A stretch of 64,000 nucleotides of DNA, taken from the NCBI RefSeq assembly GCF_058153355.1, contig NZ_CM177019.1; one strand, given 5' to 3'. Below, in pieces: positions 15,336 to 27,590 of the stretch. The first letter of the stretch is position 1; each line of letters opens with the position of its first letter. A model generated the notes under the pieces. The model saw only the letters and a program-made list of their open reading frames with translations, ran no database searches and was not told where the DNA came from. The translations under genes and the position numbers were made by a program.

Positions 15336-16853
15336 ATGTCTGAACAACACGCACAGGGCGCTGACGCGGTAGTCGATCTTAACAATGAACTGAAAACGCG
15401 TCGTGAGAAGCTGGCGAACCTGCGTGAGCAGGGGATTGCCTTCCCGAACGATTTCCGTCGCGATCATACCTCTGACCAATTGCACGCAGAATTCGACGGC
15501 AAAGAAAACGAAGAACTGGAAGCGCTGAACATCGAAGTTGCCGTTGCTGGCCGCATGATGACCCGCCGTATTATGGGTAAAGCGTCTTTCGTTACCCTGC
15601 AGGATGTGGGGGGCCGCATTCAGCTGTACGTTGCTCGTGACGATCTGCCGGAAGGCGTTTACAACGAGCAGTTCAAAAAATGGGACCTCGGCGATATCCT
15701 CGGCGCGAAAGGTAAACTGTTCAAAACCAAAACCGGCGAACTGTCTATCCACTGCACCGAGCTGCGTCTGCTGACCAAAGCACTGCGTCCGCTGCCGGAC
15801 AAATTCCACGGTTTGCAGGATCAGGAAGCGCGCTATCGTCAGCGTTATCTGGATCTCATTTCTAACGATGAATCCCGCAACACCTTTAAAGTGCGTTCGC
15901 AGATCCTCTCTGGCATTCGCCAGTTCATGGTGAATCGTGGCTTTATGGAAGTTGAAACGCCGATGATGCAGGTGATCCCAGGCGGCGCGGCGGCGCGTCC
16001 GTTTATCACCCATCACAATGCGCTGGATCTCGACATGTACTTGCGTATCGCGCCGGAACTGTACCTCAAGCGTCTGGTGGTTGGTGGCTTCGAGCGTGTA
16101 TTCGAAATCAACCGTAACTTCCGTAACGAAGGTATCTCCGTACGTCATAACCCAGAGTTCACCATGATGGAACTCTATATGGCTTACGCTGATTACAAAG
16201 ATCTGATCGAGCTGACCGAATCGCTGTTCCGTACTCTGGCACAGGATATTCTCGGTAAGACCGAAGTGACCTACGGCGACGTGACGCTGGACTTCGGTAA
16301 ACCGTTCGAAAAACTGACCATGCGTGAAGCGATCAAGAAATATCGCCCGGAAACCGACATGGCGGATCTGGACAACTTCGACTCTGCGAAAGCGATTGCT
16401 GAATCTATCGGCATCCACGTTGAGAAGAGCTGGGGTCTGGGCCGTATCGTTACCGAGATCTTCGAAGAAGTGGCAGAAGCACATCTGATCCAGCCGACCT
16501 TCATTACTGAATATCCGGCAGAAGTTTCTCCGCTGGCGCGTCGTAACGACGTTAACCCGGAAATCACTGACCGCTTTGAGTTCTTCATTGGTGGTCGTGA
16601 AATCGGTAACGGCTTTAGCGAGTTGAATGACGCGGAAGATCAGGCGCAGCGCTTCCTGGATCAGGTTGCCGCGAAAGACGCAGGCGACGACGAAGCGATG
16701 TTCTACGACGAAGATTACGTCACCGCACTGGAACACGGCTTACCGCCGACAGCAGGTCTGGGAATTGGTATCGACCGTATGGTAATGCTGTTCACCAACA
16801 GCCATACCATCCGCGACGTTATTCTGTTCCCGGCGATGCGTCCGGTGAAATAA
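15336..16853 (+). CDS. lysS: lysine--tRNA ligase (constitutive)
   Basis: 505-aa class II aa[38 protein letters not shown]... Confidence 0.95.
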
Positions 16854-16888
16854 GCATTACGTTATGCTCACAACCCCGGCAAATGTCG

Positions 16889-18314
16889 TAATGCCAGTCA
16901 GTTAAGCAACTGACTGGCTCTTTTTCGGGGCTGTGGGGTATTTCCAGGGCCTCTCCTTTACCACTCTCGGGAAGGCCCTTTCCCTTCTTGTCGGTAATTT
17001 CACAAGTTGTCCCATACTTGCAAGATCGCGCATCAGCTCCGGTATACGTCCCGGTGAAGCGCCCTGCAATGTCATCAGCATTCTCATCACCATTCCGCAT
17101 GATTCTGAGAAACTCAGTTGATTCGGCCAGTAACCTTTCAGATGTTCCGCCATTTTAATCATCTGATATCTCACCAGATTATAAGCCAGTAAGACACCCC
17201 ACAGCTCTTGCTCCACAAGCTCCGGCTTTTTACTTCTCAGCGTCAGCCTGCTCAGTTGCATCGTCTGTTTTATCTCCCTGTATCCCAGTTCGATTTCCCA
17301 GCGATGACTGTACAGATCCGCCATTTCTCCTCCGGGGAAGCGCATGGCGTCCGTCATCGACGTCAGCAGATGGCAGACTTTTCCTTTGCGCGTCACGGTC
17401 AGCAGGCGGGCTGTCACTTCATTTCCCAGTCCCGGCCACTTTTTTCGTGCCTGCGGGCTGGTTTTCAGCTTCACCAGATGATCGCCTTTACCCAGTTTTC
17501 TGATCTCTTCATATTGCGCTCCCTTTCTGAGAGGTATCATCCAGTGGCGGTGTTCTCCCGCCAGGCTCCAGGCATTTAACAGTCCCAGTGAGTAATAACC
17601 TTTATCCATTAACGTCAGAGTGTTATCGCCGGTTTGTTCTATAAGTTGCTCAGCAAGCTCATTTTCGCTGTTCTTCATCGTGCCGAAGGCTGCAGCCGTC
17701 AGCAGATGGCTGGTCAGTTCCATCTGGCAGACCATTTTGACCTGCGGGTAGAGCGCCGGGTTCCCGGCATGTGTCTGGCGGGGGAAGGCTGCATCGTTCT
17801 CTGGTGTATCCGGTGTGCGCCAGAACACACCATCGATGGCCAGCAGGGTCAGGCCGCACCAGTGCGGATGCGGCGTGGCGTTATGCCAGAGCTGCGCTGT
17901 TTTCGTGAACACGCGGCGGACAGCCTCACTTCCCAGGCGCTGGCGGGCCTGAATAACGGCACTGGGGGCAACGAAGGGGCGATTGCCCGGCAGCATGATG
18001 TCCAGGCGATTCACAATCTGGTGAAGAGGTTCTTTACGCTCAAGCGCCATGCCAACAATACACCAGACCATCATTTCGAGGGGAAGACGGCGCTTGCGTA
18101 GCGTTACAGTACCTGATTCGGCAAGGCAACGAGAGATGAGTTCGGGGTCGAGGTAATCCCCCAGAGAAGTCAGTGGGTTACGCAGAGAATCGTAACGGGA
18201 TACCAGATCAAGAGCCTGTCCAATGTGCATAAAAAAATCCGGAAACAAGTGAGCGTTTCCGGATTCTTACACAGCCACTGGATCGGTCAACTGATCCTTA
18301 ACTGATCGGCATTA
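16889..18314 (-). mobile_element. IS4 insertion sequence (1426 bp) with 12-bp target-site duplication
   Basis: Terminal inverted repeats taatgccagtcagttaag (16889-16906) and cttaactgatcggcatta (18297-18314); flanking direct repeat cggcaaatgtcg at 16877-16888 and 18315-18326. Confidence 0.9.
16902..18230 (-). CDS. insG: IS4 transposase (DDE)
   Basis: ORF 16902..18248; start assigned to the internal Met ([40 protein letters not shown]...), 442 aa, recognised as the IS4 transposase. Confidence 0.9.
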   Translation of the reverse strand: MHIGQALDLVSRYDSLRNPLTSLGDYLDPELISRCLAESGTVTLRKRRLPLEMMVWCIVGMALERKEPLHQIVNRLDIMLPGNRPFVAPSAVIQARQRLGSEAVRRVFTKTAQLWHNATPHPHWCGLTLLAIDGVFWRTPDTPENDAAFPRQTHAGNPALYPQVKMVCQMELTSHLLTAAAFGTMKNSENELAEQLIEQTGDNTLTLMDKGYYSLGLLNAWSLAGEHRHWMIPLRKGAQYEEIRKLGKGDHLVKLKTSPQARKKWPGLGNEVTARLLTVTRKGKVCHLLTSMTDAMRFPGGEMADLYSHRWEIELGYREIKQTMQLSRLTLRSKKPELVEQELWGVLLAYNLVRYQMIKMAEHLKGYWPNQLSFSESCGMVMRMLMTLQGASPGRIPELMRDLASMGQLVKLPTRRERAFPRVVKERPWKYPTAPKKSQSVA

Positions 18315-18333
18315 CGGCAAATGTCGGGGTTTT

Positions 18334-18877
18334 TTATTTAAGCTGGGTAAATGCAGATAATCGTTTTCTGGCTTCGCGATTTGTCGCCTGCATCACCATC
18401 CACGGACTGAACGCCCACGGCGTGGCATCAATACCGCGTAAAACCGCTGCTAAATCACACCATTGATAATCCATCACTTCATCATCGTTGATCTGTAACG
18501 CACTGGTCGTGCGTGCGGCAAATACCGGACATACTTCATTTCTACAATGCCATTCGGATCGGTGGCGCGATAGCGAAAGTCAGGATAGATTCAGGAGGTG
18601 TAATTTCCACGCCAAGCTCATAACGGCAACGGCGGATCACCGCGTCTTCGTTGCTTTCTCCCAGTTGTGGGTGCCCACAAACCGAGTTAGTCCACACGCC
18701 CGGCCATGCTTTTTTGCTAAGGGCGCGGCGGGTAACTAATAATTGCCCTTTGGCATTAAACAGCCAGCAGGAGAACGCGAGATGTAAGAGAGTGTCTGCC
18801 GTGTGTGCGGCATACTTTTCCAGCGTACCCGTGGGAACTCCCTGTGCATTCAATAAAATGACGTGTTCCGTTTGCAT
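18334..18877 (-). pseudogene. idi: isopentenyl-diphosphate delta-isomerase, disrupted by a frameshift
   Basis: N-terminal 98 residues match Idi ([28 protein letters not shown]...ITPPESI), then the frame stops at 18542. The remainder ([30 protein letters not shown]...AFTQLK*) continues in another frame to 18334. The break lies at gaatctatcctgac, which lacks the YP codons of intact Idi. Confidence 0.8.
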
Positions 18878-19125
18878 AATTTCTCACATGTAATTCTAAT
18901 CACTCATCATTATAGATAATTGAAGAGTGAAATGATTAACCAAGTGAGCGTTTATCGACAACCGCCCGTTTTGAGCGGATGTCGACAGGTAAAACCATTT
19001 AAAAAAGCAGCATCATATATTTGAAGCGACTTTCAATGGCCATTGCAACACAGTCAGAAATGACAGGAATAGAGAGAGTAAAAAGCAACAACAGACTGAA
19101 TATAGCGCGCATTAAAAGATTCATA

Positions 19126-20574
19126 TTATTCTCCATGCTCATTTTTCTTCAGCTTGCGCATCAGAAGCCACATACGTACTGTCCTGACTTTTAAATCTTT
19201 ATCAGAGACGGATTCCTTCACCAGATCAGCATGATGCTGATAGCCATTAAAGAAGACGTTCAGCGCAACGGCGCTAAGGGTTGCGAGCATAATGCCGCTA
19301 TGCAGCAACGGTTGCAGTACGGCCGGTAACTTAGAAAAGAAATCGTGAGAGAGCGTCGGAGTCATGCCAACGCCGAGACTGATCGCCACAATATAGAGGT
19401 TGTAACGGTTAGTGGTGTAGTTACAGCGCGACAGAATTCGAATCCCCGTCGCCAGTACCATGCCGAACATCACCAGCCCTGCGCCGCCAAGCACAAATTG
19501 CGGAATCGAGGCTACCAGCACCGCCATTTTGGGCACCATGCCAAACATGATTAATATGATCCCCGAAGAAATACACACCCAGCGACTATGAACGCGAGTC
19601 ACGCTAACCAGGCCAACGTTTTGAGAAAATGACGTGTGGGGGAAGCTGTTAAACGTTCCGCCTATCATTGTCCCTACACCATCGACACGCAGCCCGCGAA
19701 TAATATCGTGCGAAGAGAGTTTACGACCGACTATTTCACCCAGTGCCAGGAACATCCCCATCGACTCGATAAACACGATGATTAACACAGCGGTCATGGT
19801 TAGAATAGAAACGGGGTCAAATACCGGCATACCAAACGACATTGGGGTGACAATCGCAAACCACGAAGCATCATGTAGCCCGGACAAATTGACTTCATTC
19901 ATCATCCACGAAAGTAAAAAGCCAAATACAATCCCCAGTAATACGGCGACGTTGGACATAAATCCTTTCGCATAGCGAGTAATGAGCAAGATAAAAATTA
20001 AGACGGCAAAGGAGATACCTAAATAAACGGGATTACCATATTGCGGATTCCCTTCACCTCCAGCGGCCCAGTCAATACCGACCTGAATAATGCTAAGCCC
20101 GATAGAAGTAATAACCACACCGGTAACCAGTGGCGGGAATAAAGGCATTAAGCGACCGATAAGTGGTGCTAATAATGTGGTGATAAATCCCGCGGCGATA
20201 GTGGCACCAAATATCCCCAGCAGGCCGATATCCGGGTTCATGCCAATGGCTATCATTGGTGTTACAGCAGCAAAGGTTACCGACATAATCACCGGCAGAC
20301 GGATCCCCATAAAGCGGCCGATACCGATACATTGTAATAATGTGACGATCCCGCAGCAAAAGAGATCCGAGCTAATGAGCATCGCAATAGCTTCTTTTGA
20401 GAGGCCCAGTCGGTCACCAATCATAAGAGGAACAGCGACTGCACCTGCGTACATTACAAGGACGTGTTGCAGACCGAGTATGATCAGCTTTCCTGGTGAT
20501 AATATGCGGTCAACCTCATCAGTTGGGCGGTCTTGCCCTGAAGATGAGGGAAGTTGGGAATCTATGGCGCTCAT
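19126..20574 (-). CDS. uacT: uric acid permease (NCS2 family)
   Basis: ORF 19126..20703; start assigned to the internal Met (MSAIDSQLPSSSGQDRPTDEV...), 482 aa, multi-TM transporter. Confidence 0.9.
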   Translation of the reverse strand: MSAIDSQLPSSSGQDRPTDEVDRILSPGKLIILGLQHVLVMYAGAVAVPLMIGDRLGLSKEAIAMLISSDLFCCGIVTLLQCIGIGRFMGIRLPVIMSVTFAAVTPMIAIGMNPDIGLLGIFGATIAAGFITTLLAPLIGRLMPLFPPLVTGVVITSIGLSIIQVGIDWAAGGEGNPQYGNPVYLGISFAVLIFILLITRYAKGFMSNVAVLLGIVFGFLLSWMMNEVNLSGLHDASWFAIVTPMSFGMPVFDPVSILTMTAVLIIVFIESMGMFLALGEIVGRKLSSHDIIRGLRVDGVGTMIGGTFNSFPHTSFSQNVGLVSVTRVHSRWVCISSGIILIMFGMVPKMAVLVASIPQFVLGGAGLVMFGMVLATGIRILSRCNYTTNRYNLYIVAISLGVGMTPTLSHDFFSKLPAVLQPLLHSGIMLATLSAVALNVFFNGYQHHADLVKESVSDKDLKVRTVRMWLLMRKLKKNEHGE

Positions 20575-21009
20575 CAGTGTTTCTCCTTTCGCCCGCCAGA
20601 GTAAAAAGCAACCGTTTACGTTATTGAAACTGTCTAAACATATGCTCGTGGAGTGCCAGTTTTTGCGAGGAAGGGGAGTTAGAGACAGGAATTGCGGAGG
20701 CAATCACATAATCGTGGTTAAACCACGAAAATGAGAAGAGAACCTGACAATGGAATTATCTGTAATTTTCTCATATTGATATTTTATTAATCATTCTGGC
20801 ATGTCGCACTCTCGCATTTAATCGTTTTTATCTGGATAGCGCTCTTTTGGTCGGCAATGTTGAAATAATGAAAGCGGCACAGATTGAGGGGCAATAATTT
20901 GAACTCAGTCGCAAAATTATAATTAAAACGGTCATGCTACCTAATATATGCCCGTTTATTGCATCGCGAACTTTGAGAAGACATAACTCATTAAATGAAA
21001 GGGATGCAA

Positions 21010-22929
21010 ATGAATAAGTTTATCGCTGCTGAAGCTGCGGAATGTATAGGCTGTCATGCTTGTGAAATTGCCTGTGCGGTGGCACATAATCAAGAAAACT
21101 GGCCGCTGAGTCACAGTGACTTTCGACCGCGTATCCACGTTGTAGGGAAAGGCCAGGCTGCGAATCCGGTGGCCTGCCATCATTGCAACAATGCCCCTTG
21201 CGTTACGGCTTGTCCGGTTAATGCTCTGACTTTCCAGCCCGATAGCGTACAACTGGACGAGCAAAAATGTATTGGTTGTAAAAGATGCGCAATCGCTTGC
21301 CCCTTTGGCGTCGTTGAGATGGTCGATACGATTGCGCAGAAATGCGACCTTTGTAACCAGCGCAGTTCCGGCACGCAAGCCTGTATTGACGTATGCCCAA
21401 CACAGGCGTTACGGCTGATGGACGATAAAGGGTTGCAGCAGATAAAGGTGGCCCGCCAGCGCAAAACGGCAGCAGGAAAAGCGTCATCAGACGCTCAGCC
21501 ATCTCGCAGTGCAGCGTTGCTCCCCGTTAACTCGCGTAAAGGCGCAGATAAAATTTCAGCGAATGAACGGAAAACCCACTTTGGCGAAATTTATTGCGGG
21601 CTGGATCCACAACAAGCGACTTATGAGAGTGACCGCTGTGTTTATTGCGCCGAAAAAGCTAACTGCAACTGGCATTGCCCGCTGCATAACGCTATTCCGG
21701 ATTACATCCGTCTGGTGCAGGAAGGAAAGATTATTGAAGCGGCAGAACTTTGCCACCAGACCAGTTCCTTACCAGAAATCTGCGGCAGGGTATGTCCACA
21801 GGACCGTCTTTGTGAAGGCGCATGTACTTTGAAAGATCACTCTGGCGCAGTCTCTATCGGGAATCTGGAACGCTACATCACCGATACCGCGCTGGCGATG
21901 GGCTGGCGTCCTGATGTCAGCCATGTTGTTCCCCGTATCGAAAAAGTGGCGGTGATTGGCGCAGGGCCTGCAGGGTTAGGGTGTGCTGATATTCTGGCGC
22001 GCGCAGGAGTTCAGGTTGATGTCTTTGATCGCCATCCAGAAATTGGCGGTATGCTGACTTTTGGCATACCTCCTTTCAAACTCGATAAAACGGTATTAAG
22101 CCAGCGGCGAGAGATATTCACCGCAATGGGAATCGACTTTCATCTTAACTGTGAAATTGGCCGCGATATTACCTTTAGCGATTTAACTTCTGAATATGAT
22201 GCAGTTTTCATCGGCGTGGGGACTTACGGGATGATGCGAGCAGATCTGCCGCATGAAGATGCGCCCGGTGTCATTCAGGCTCTACCGTTCCTGACTGCCC
22301 ATACCCGCCAGCTCATGGGGTTGCCGGAGTCTGAAGAGTATCCGCTGACGGATGTGGAAGGTAAGCGAGTTGTGGTATTGGGCGGTGGCGATACGACCAT
22401 GGATTGTTTGCGGACTTCCATCCGCCTCAATGCCGCCAGCGTGACCTGCGCCTATCGTCGTGATGAAGTCAGTATGCCGGGCTCGCGCAAAGAGGTGGTC
22501 AATGCGCGCGAGGAAGGTGTCGAGTTTCAGTTCAATGTTCAGCCGCAATATATCGCTTGTGACGAAGATGGGCGTTTAACTGCGGTGGGCCTGATTCGTA
22601 CCGCTATGGGGGAGCCGGGGCCGGATGGTCGCCGTCGTCCTCGTCCGGTAGCGGGTTCAGAGTTTGAGCTGCCCGCCGATGTTCTGATTATGGCCTTTGG
22701 TTTCCAGGCGCATGCCATGCCGTGGTTGCAAGGCAGCGGAATTAAGCTCGATAAATGGGGCCTGATTCAAACCGGGGACGTCGGGTATTTACCCACCCAG
22801 ACGCATCTGAAAAAAGTCTTTGCTGGTGGTGATGCAGTTCATGGCGCGGATCTGGTCGTCACTGCAATGGCTGCAGGAAGGCAAGCGGCGCGCGATATGT
22901 TAACTCTGTTTGATTCGAAGGCATTGTGA
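21010..22929 (+). CDS. ygfT: Fe-S and FAD/NAD(P)-binding oxidoreductase (glutamate synthase small-subunit-like)
   Basis: 639 aa from [24 protein letters not shown]...; N-terminal ferredoxin-like Cys clusters and C-terminal dinucleotide-binding GAGPAG motif. Confidence 0.9.
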   Translation: MNKFIAAEAAECIGCHACEIACAVAHNQENWPLSHSDFRPRIHVVGKGQAANPVACHHCNNAPCVTACPVNALTFQPDSVQLDEQKCIGCKRCAIACPFGVVEMVDTIAQKCDLCNQRSSGTQACIDVCPTQALRLMDDKGLQQIKVARQRKTAAGKASSDAQPSRSAALLPVNSRKGADKISANERKTHFGEIYCGLDPQQATYESDRCVYCAEKANCNWHCPLHNAIPDYIRLVQEGKIIEAAELCHQTSSLPEICGRVCPQDRLCEGACTLKDHSGAVSIGNLERYITDTALAMGWRPDVSHVVPRIEKVAVIGAGPAGLGCADILARAGVQVDVFDRHPEIGGMLTFGIPPFKLDKTVLSQRREIFTAMGIDFHLNCEIGRDITFSDLTSEYDAVFIGVGTYGMMRADLPHEDAPGVIQALPFLTAHTRQLMGLPESEEYPLTDVEGKRVVVLGGGDTTMDCLRTSIRLNAASVTCAYRRDEVSMPGSRKEVVNAREEGVEFQFNVQPQYIACDEDGRLTAVGLIRTAMGEPGPDGRRRPRPVAGSEFELPADVLIMAFGFQAHAMPWLQGSGIKLDKWGLIQTGDVGYLPTQTHLKKVFAGGDAVHGADLVVTAMAAGRQAARDMLTLFDSKAL

Positions 22930-23417
22930 TGAAATCGTTAATTGTCGTTAATCCGGCTGATTGTATTGGCTGCCGTACTTGTGAAGTAGCCTGTGTGGTC
23001 GCTCATCCTTCAGAACAGGCGTTGAATGCCGATGTCTTTTTACCCCGGCTGAAGGTACAGCGACTGGACTGCATCAGTGCGCCGGTGATGTGCCATCAGT
23101 GTGAAAACGCCCCTTGTGTTGGCGCTTGCCCCGTGGGAGCGCTGACGATGGGCGAGCAGGTGGTGCAGGCCAATTCTGCCCGTTGTATTGGCTGTCAGAG
23201 TTGCGTCAGTGCGTGCCCGTTTGGGATGATAACCATTCAGTCGTTGCCGGGGGATACCCGGCAACAAATTGTGAAATGCGATCTCTGTGAACAGCGGGAA
23301 GAGGGGCCTGCCTGCGTTGAATCTTGCCCGACACAGGCACTGCAGTTGCTTACTGAAAGAGAACTCAGGCGAGTCCGCCAGCAGCGTATTGTTGCCAGCG
23401 GTGAGAATCCTCTCTGA
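22926..23417 (+). CDS. ygfS: 4Fe-4S ferredoxin-type protein
   Basis: 163-aa ORF with four CxxCxxCxxxCP motifs; start overlaps the ygfT stop. Confidence 0.9.
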   Translation: MMKSLIVVNPADCIGCRTCEVACVVAHPSEQALNADVFLPRLKVQRLDCISAPVMCHQCENAPCVGACPVGALTMGEQVVQANSARCIGCQSCVSACPFGMITIQSLPGDTRQQIVKCDLCEQREEGPACVESCPTQALQLLTERELRRVRQQRIVASGENPL

Positions 23418-23452
23418 AAGAATTCTCCGCGCTGAAAGGCGCGGAGAATCTA

Positions 23453-24820
23453 TTAGATAGCCCATCCACCCGCGTAAAATGCGACCAGTGCGGCAGTAAT
23501 GATTACCGTACCAATATTCAGCTTTTGCCATTCGCGTGCAAAGACGCGGCCTACGACCAGTGTCACAAAGCCCAGCATAATACCGGTAACGATATTACAA
23601 GTCAGAACGATAAACACGGCACACACCAGGCCAGCCATTGCGTCAATAAAATCGTTGAAATCCAGCTTCGAGACGTTACTTAACATCAGCAAACCTACGT
23701 ACATCAGAGCGGGTGCAGTGGCGTAACCAGGGATCAAAAATGACAGTGGTGATAAAAACAGAATCAACAGGAATAACGCCCCCACTACGGTTGCGGTCAA
23801 CCCTGTTTTACCCCCGGCGGCGGTTCCTGCCGCTGATTCGATATAAACCGCTGCGGGCGCAGCACCCACCAGGCCGGAGAATATTGAACTTACTGAGTCA
23901 CTGGTCAGGGCTTTACCGCCGTTGATGATCTGGTTGTCTTTATCTAACAAATTCGCCTGACCGGCGACGGCACGGATGGTACCGGTGGCGTCGAACACTG
24001 CGGTCATCACCAATGCCAGTACACTCGGAAGTACAGTTGGCTGGAGTGCCCCCATAATATCGAGGCTGAAAATCAGAGACTTACCATCTTCGCCAGTCAG
24101 ACTGGGCATCGCCACCAGACCGTGGTACTTCACCGCTGGATCAAAGATTAAGCCGATGATCGAAATTGCAATAATCACCAACAAGATCCCGCCAGGTACG
24201 CGGCACTTTTCCAGACCGAAGATGACCGCCAGACCCAGTAAGCTCATCATCACCGGGAAGGAGGTAAACGCGCCGAGCGCCACCGGCAAGCCTTCAATCG
24301 GGTTTTTGATAACCATTCCCACACCGTTAGCAGCAATCAGCAGCAGAAACAGGCCGATACCGATACCTGTGCCGTGAGCGATACCCATCGGTAAATTACG
24401 TAATATCCAGGTTCGCACACCGGTTACAGAAATGGCGGTGAAGATGACGCCCATCAGAAAGACCGCGCCCAGTGCGACAGGAACGCTAATTTGTTGCCCG
24501 AGTACCAGACTGAATGCGGTAAATGCCGTTAAGGAAATAGCGCAACCAATCGCCATTGGCAAGTTGGCCCACAAGCCCATCAGCAACGAGCCGAAGCCCG
24601 CGACCAGACAGGTGGCAACAAACACAGCTGCGGGAGGAAAACCTGCTTTGCCCAGCATTCCCGGAACGACGATAACGGAATAAACCATGGCCAGAAAGGT
24701 CGTTAAGCCAGCCAGTACTTCCTGACGAACGGTACTGCCACGAGCGGTAATTTTAAAATAATTATCCAGCGCGCCTTGTGGCTTTGGTGCGTCCGGTGTT
24801 TGTAGGATGTCTCCAGACAT
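23453..24820 (-). CDS. ghxQ: guanine/hypoxanthine permease (NCS2/AzgA family)
   Basis: 455-aa multi-TM ORF recognised as GhxQ (YgfQ). Confidence 0.9.
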   Translation of the reverse strand: MSGDILQTPDAPKPQGALDNYFKITARGSTVRQEVLAGLTTFLAMVYSVIVVPGMLGKAGFPPAAVFVATCLVAGFGSLLMGLWANLPMAIGCAISLTAFTAFSLVLGQQISVPVALGAVFLMGVIFTAISVTGVRTWILRNLPMGIAHGTGIGIGLFLLLIAANGVGMVIKNPIEGLPVALGAFTSFPVMMSLLGLAVIFGLEKCRVPGGILLVIIAISIIGLIFDPAVKYHGLVAMPSLTGEDGKSLIFSLDIMGALQPTVLPSVLALVMTAVFDATGTIRAVAGQANLLDKDNQIINGGKALTSDSVSSIFSGLVGAAPAAVYIESAAGTAAGGKTGLTATVVGALFLLILFLSPLSFLIPGYATAPALMYVGLLMLSNVSKLDFNDFIDAMAGLVCAVFIVLTCNIVTGIMLGFVTLVVGRVFAREWQKLNIGTVIITAALVAFYAGGWAI

Positions 24821-24855
24821 AATGATGTCCTCACGAGGATGTTAAAGTTTTATTA

Positions 24856-26175
24856 TTAGTTGCGTTCGTACACCAGACGACCATCAACGTAGGTGCGGTA
24901 GATCGAACGGTCATCGCCCAACGTCATCATCACGAACAATTTGTCGACTAAAGAAACAGAGTTGTCATAGCGCAGCTGCTGTAGCGGGGTGGCGGTGGGT
25001 TCCATCACCACGAAATCAGCCTCTTTGCCAGGTAAAAAGTTGCCAATCAAATCGTCAAGGCCCAGAGATTTCGCCCCGCCGAGCGTGGCAAGGTAAAACG
25101 CTTCATATGCCGAGAGGCGATAGCCTTGTAATTGCAACACTTTGTAGGCTTCGTTCAGCGTTTGCAGCATGTTGAAAGTTGTTCCTGCGCCAATGTCAGT
25201 CCCCATGCCCACTTTGACTTTCTTCTGCCATGCTTTTTTCAAGTTGAATAAGCCACTGCCGAGGTAAAGGTTGGAGGTAGGACAGAAAGCAATGCTGGAT
25301 TTGGTTTCGCTGAGACGATCCCACTCTTTCTCTTCGAGATGGACGCAGTGAGCAAAGACACAATTTTTACCTGTCAGACCGTACTGATGGTAAACATCCA
25401 AATAACCATCATGGTCAGGATAAAGCGATTTGACCCAGGCAATTTCATCTTTATTTTCACAAAGATGGGTATGTACCCATGTGTCGGGATACTCTTCTTT
25501 CAGGCGTTGCGCCATCGCCATCTGTTCAGGAGATGAGGTTGGGGCGAAGCGTGGCGTAATCGCATACAACAGACGACCATTTTTGTGCCAGCGTTCGATC
25601 AGTTCTTTGCTTTGGTGATAGCTGCTTTCGGCAGTGTCGAGCAGATAATCCGGTGCGTTGCGGTCCATCATCACCTTACCGGCAATCATACGCATATTGA
25701 TATGACTGGCGGCTTCAAACAGCGCATCAACGGATTGCGGATGAACGGTACCAAACACCAACGCTGTGGTGGTTCCGTTACGTAAAAGCTGCTTGATGAA
25801 GAACGCCGACATTTCGCGGGCGTACTCTAAATCCTCATAACGACGTTCAGTAGGGAAGGTGTGTTTATTCAACCACTCCAACAATTGTTCACCATAGGCC
25901 CCAACCATTTCACTTTGCGGATAATGGATATGTGTATCGACAAAGCCCGGTACTACCAGTTTGCCGCGATAGTCGCGCACGCGAATGGTGTCAGGAATTT
26001 GATGCTTTCCGTCTTCCCATTCGCCAAACCATTCCACTTTTCCCTGTTTAATGAGTAATAAACCATCCTCAATAAACCGCAGCGCAGAGGCAATCTCTTC
26101 CGGGTTATCGACCGTACGGGTGACATCAATAAAACTGCCTCGTACCGCTTTTAACGTGTGTTCTCCTGACATCAT
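24856..26175 (-). CDS. guaD: guanine deaminase
   Basis: ORF 24856..26295; start assigned to the internal Met (MMSGEHTLKAVRGSFIDV...), 439 aa, amidohydrolase HxH motif (DTHIHYPQ). Confidence 0.9.
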   Translation of the reverse strand: MMSGEHTLKAVRGSFIDVTRTVDNPEEIASALRFIEDGLLLIKQGKVEWFGEWEDGKHQIPDTIRVRDYRGKLVVPGFVDTHIHYPQSEMVGAYGEQLLEWLNKHTFPTERRYEDLEYAREMSAFFIKQLLRNGTTTALVFGTVHPQSVDALFEAASHINMRMIAGKVMMDRNAPDYLLDTAESSYHQSKELIERWHKNGRLLYAITPRFAPTSSPEQMAMAQRLKEEYPDTWVHTHLCENKDEIAWVKSLYPDHDGYLDVYHQYGLTGKNCVFAHCVHLEEKEWDRLSETKSSIAFCPTSNLYLGSGLFNLKKAWQKKVKVGMGTDIGAGTTFNMLQTLNEAYKVLQLQGYRLSAYEAFYLATLGGAKSLGLDDLIGNFLPGKEADFVVMEPTATPLQQLRYDNSVSLVDKLFVMMTLGDDRSIYRTYVDGRLVYERN

Positions 26176-26189
26176 TGACTCCTTTACTG

Positions 26190-27590
26190 TTAATCCATCT
26201 CTTCCGCTGAGGTAATACCAGGCAGAACGTTTTCCTGTCGGTAGCCACCAGGGAGGATAATATTTAATAAAATCGCAGTTAATCCACCAGCACAAATAGG
26301 GTTTTCAACTAATACATAAATAGAGGCTGGCAATATTTTAAAAATTTCCGGGTCGTAGGAGACGCCAAGCCCTAAACCTAAAGAAGTGGCGACAATAAGT
26401 GTTTCACGGCGCTTTAATCCGTTGGTGATGATGATGCGAATCCCAGCGATGGCAATCATGGAAAACATCAACGTCATTGCGCCTCCCAGAACAGCCGAGG
26501 GAATGGTCGTGAAGAAGCCGCCAATCATCGGAAACAAGCCGAGAATAACCAACATGACCGCGATGGTTCGCCCGACATAACGTGAAGCGACACCGGTCAT
26601 CTGAATAACCCCATTATTTTGCGCAAACGTGGTTAACGGTAATGAACCGACAGCGGAAGCGATAACCGAAACCAGGCCATCTGCCAGTACGCCGCCTTTC
26701 AGACGCGACTGATACTCTTCTCCCTGGATGGGGCGGCGGGAAACCATTGCCGTGGCGGTGATATCACCGACAGCTTCCAGCACGCTAAGCAAATAAATCG
26801 TGCCGACCACCAGGAACTGATGGAAGCTGAAACTAAACCCGTATTTGAACGGATGCGGGATGGTGATTAACGGCAAATTGCGCATACTGCTGAAATCCAC
26901 CATGCCCAGGCATAACGACGCGATATAACCGACACATAGCCCAATGGCAATCCCTCCCATGCGTAGTAACGGACTGCGGCAGCAGTTAAAGCCGATCACC
27001 ACAATCAAAACCAATAAACCAACGCCGAGATGTTCGTAATTGCCGAACGTACCGCTGCTTTTGGCAGCAAATCCTCCACCAAAATCGATAATGCCGACTT
27101 TAATCAGGCTTAAGCCGATCATCAGCACCACAATGCCGCTAACGGTAGGTGTAATAACCCGACGTAAATAGGGCAGGATAAAAGAAGAGCCGACAACCAG
27201 AAATGCGCCAACGAAGGAGACGCCGAGAAGCGACGACATGATTAACTCTTCGTGAAAACCATCGCTTTTCATGCTGCTGCCCAGCGCAATCATGACTGTA
27301 ACAAATGAAAAATTGACTGACTGAATTGAGAGTAGGCCAGAACCGACGATGCCATAGCGGTTTACCTGTAACCAGGTACCAATACCAGAGGCGATCATCG
27401 CCATAGAAACAAGATAGGCGGTTGTTTCAGCGGAAAGCTGTAAGGCCGCACCCACGATTAACGCAGGGGTTACCATCGGAACGAAAATTGCCAACAGATG
27501 GGTAATGGCACCAACGAGAGCCTGATGAAAGGGAGGGCGATCCTCCAGTTCAAATATAAGGTCAGAACCTGCATGGTTTATATCAGACAT
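26190..27590 (-). CDS. xanQ: xanthine permease (NCS2 family)
   Basis: ORF 26190..27647; start at internal Met (MSDINHAGSDLIFELEDRPPF...), 466 aa. Confidence 0.9.
   Translation of the reverse strand: MSDINHAGSDLIFELEDRPPFHQALVGAITHLLAIFVPMVTPALIVGAALQLSAETTAYLVSMAMIASGIGTWLQVNRYGIVGSGLLSIQSVNFSFVTVMIALGSSMKSDGFHEELIMSSLLGVSFVGAFLVVGSSFILPYLRRVITPTVSGIVVLMIGLSLIKVGIIDFGGGFAAKSSGTFGNYEHLGVGLLVLIVVIGFNCCRSPLLRMGGIAIGLCVGYIASLCLGMVDFSSMRNLPLITIPHPFKYGFSFSFHQFLVVGTIYLLSVLEAVGDITATAMVSRRPIQGEEYQSRLKGGVLADGLVSVIASAVGSLPLTTFAQNNGVIQMTGVASRYVGRTIAVMLVILGLFPMIGGFFTTIPSAVLGGAMTLMFSMIAIAGIRIIITNGLKRRETLIVATSLGLGLGVSYDPEIFKILPASIYVLVENPICAGGLTAILLNIILPGGYRQENVLPGITSAEEMD

Noticed and set aside
14289-16736. 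334-aa and 471-aa minus-strand ORFs antisense to prfB and lysS
   Set aside because: Antisense shadow ORFs inside highly conserved essential genes.
20851-20872. Possible sigma54 promoter (tggcatgtcgcactctcgca) upstream of ygfT
   Set aside because: GG and GC dinucleotides are not at the required 10-bp spacing.
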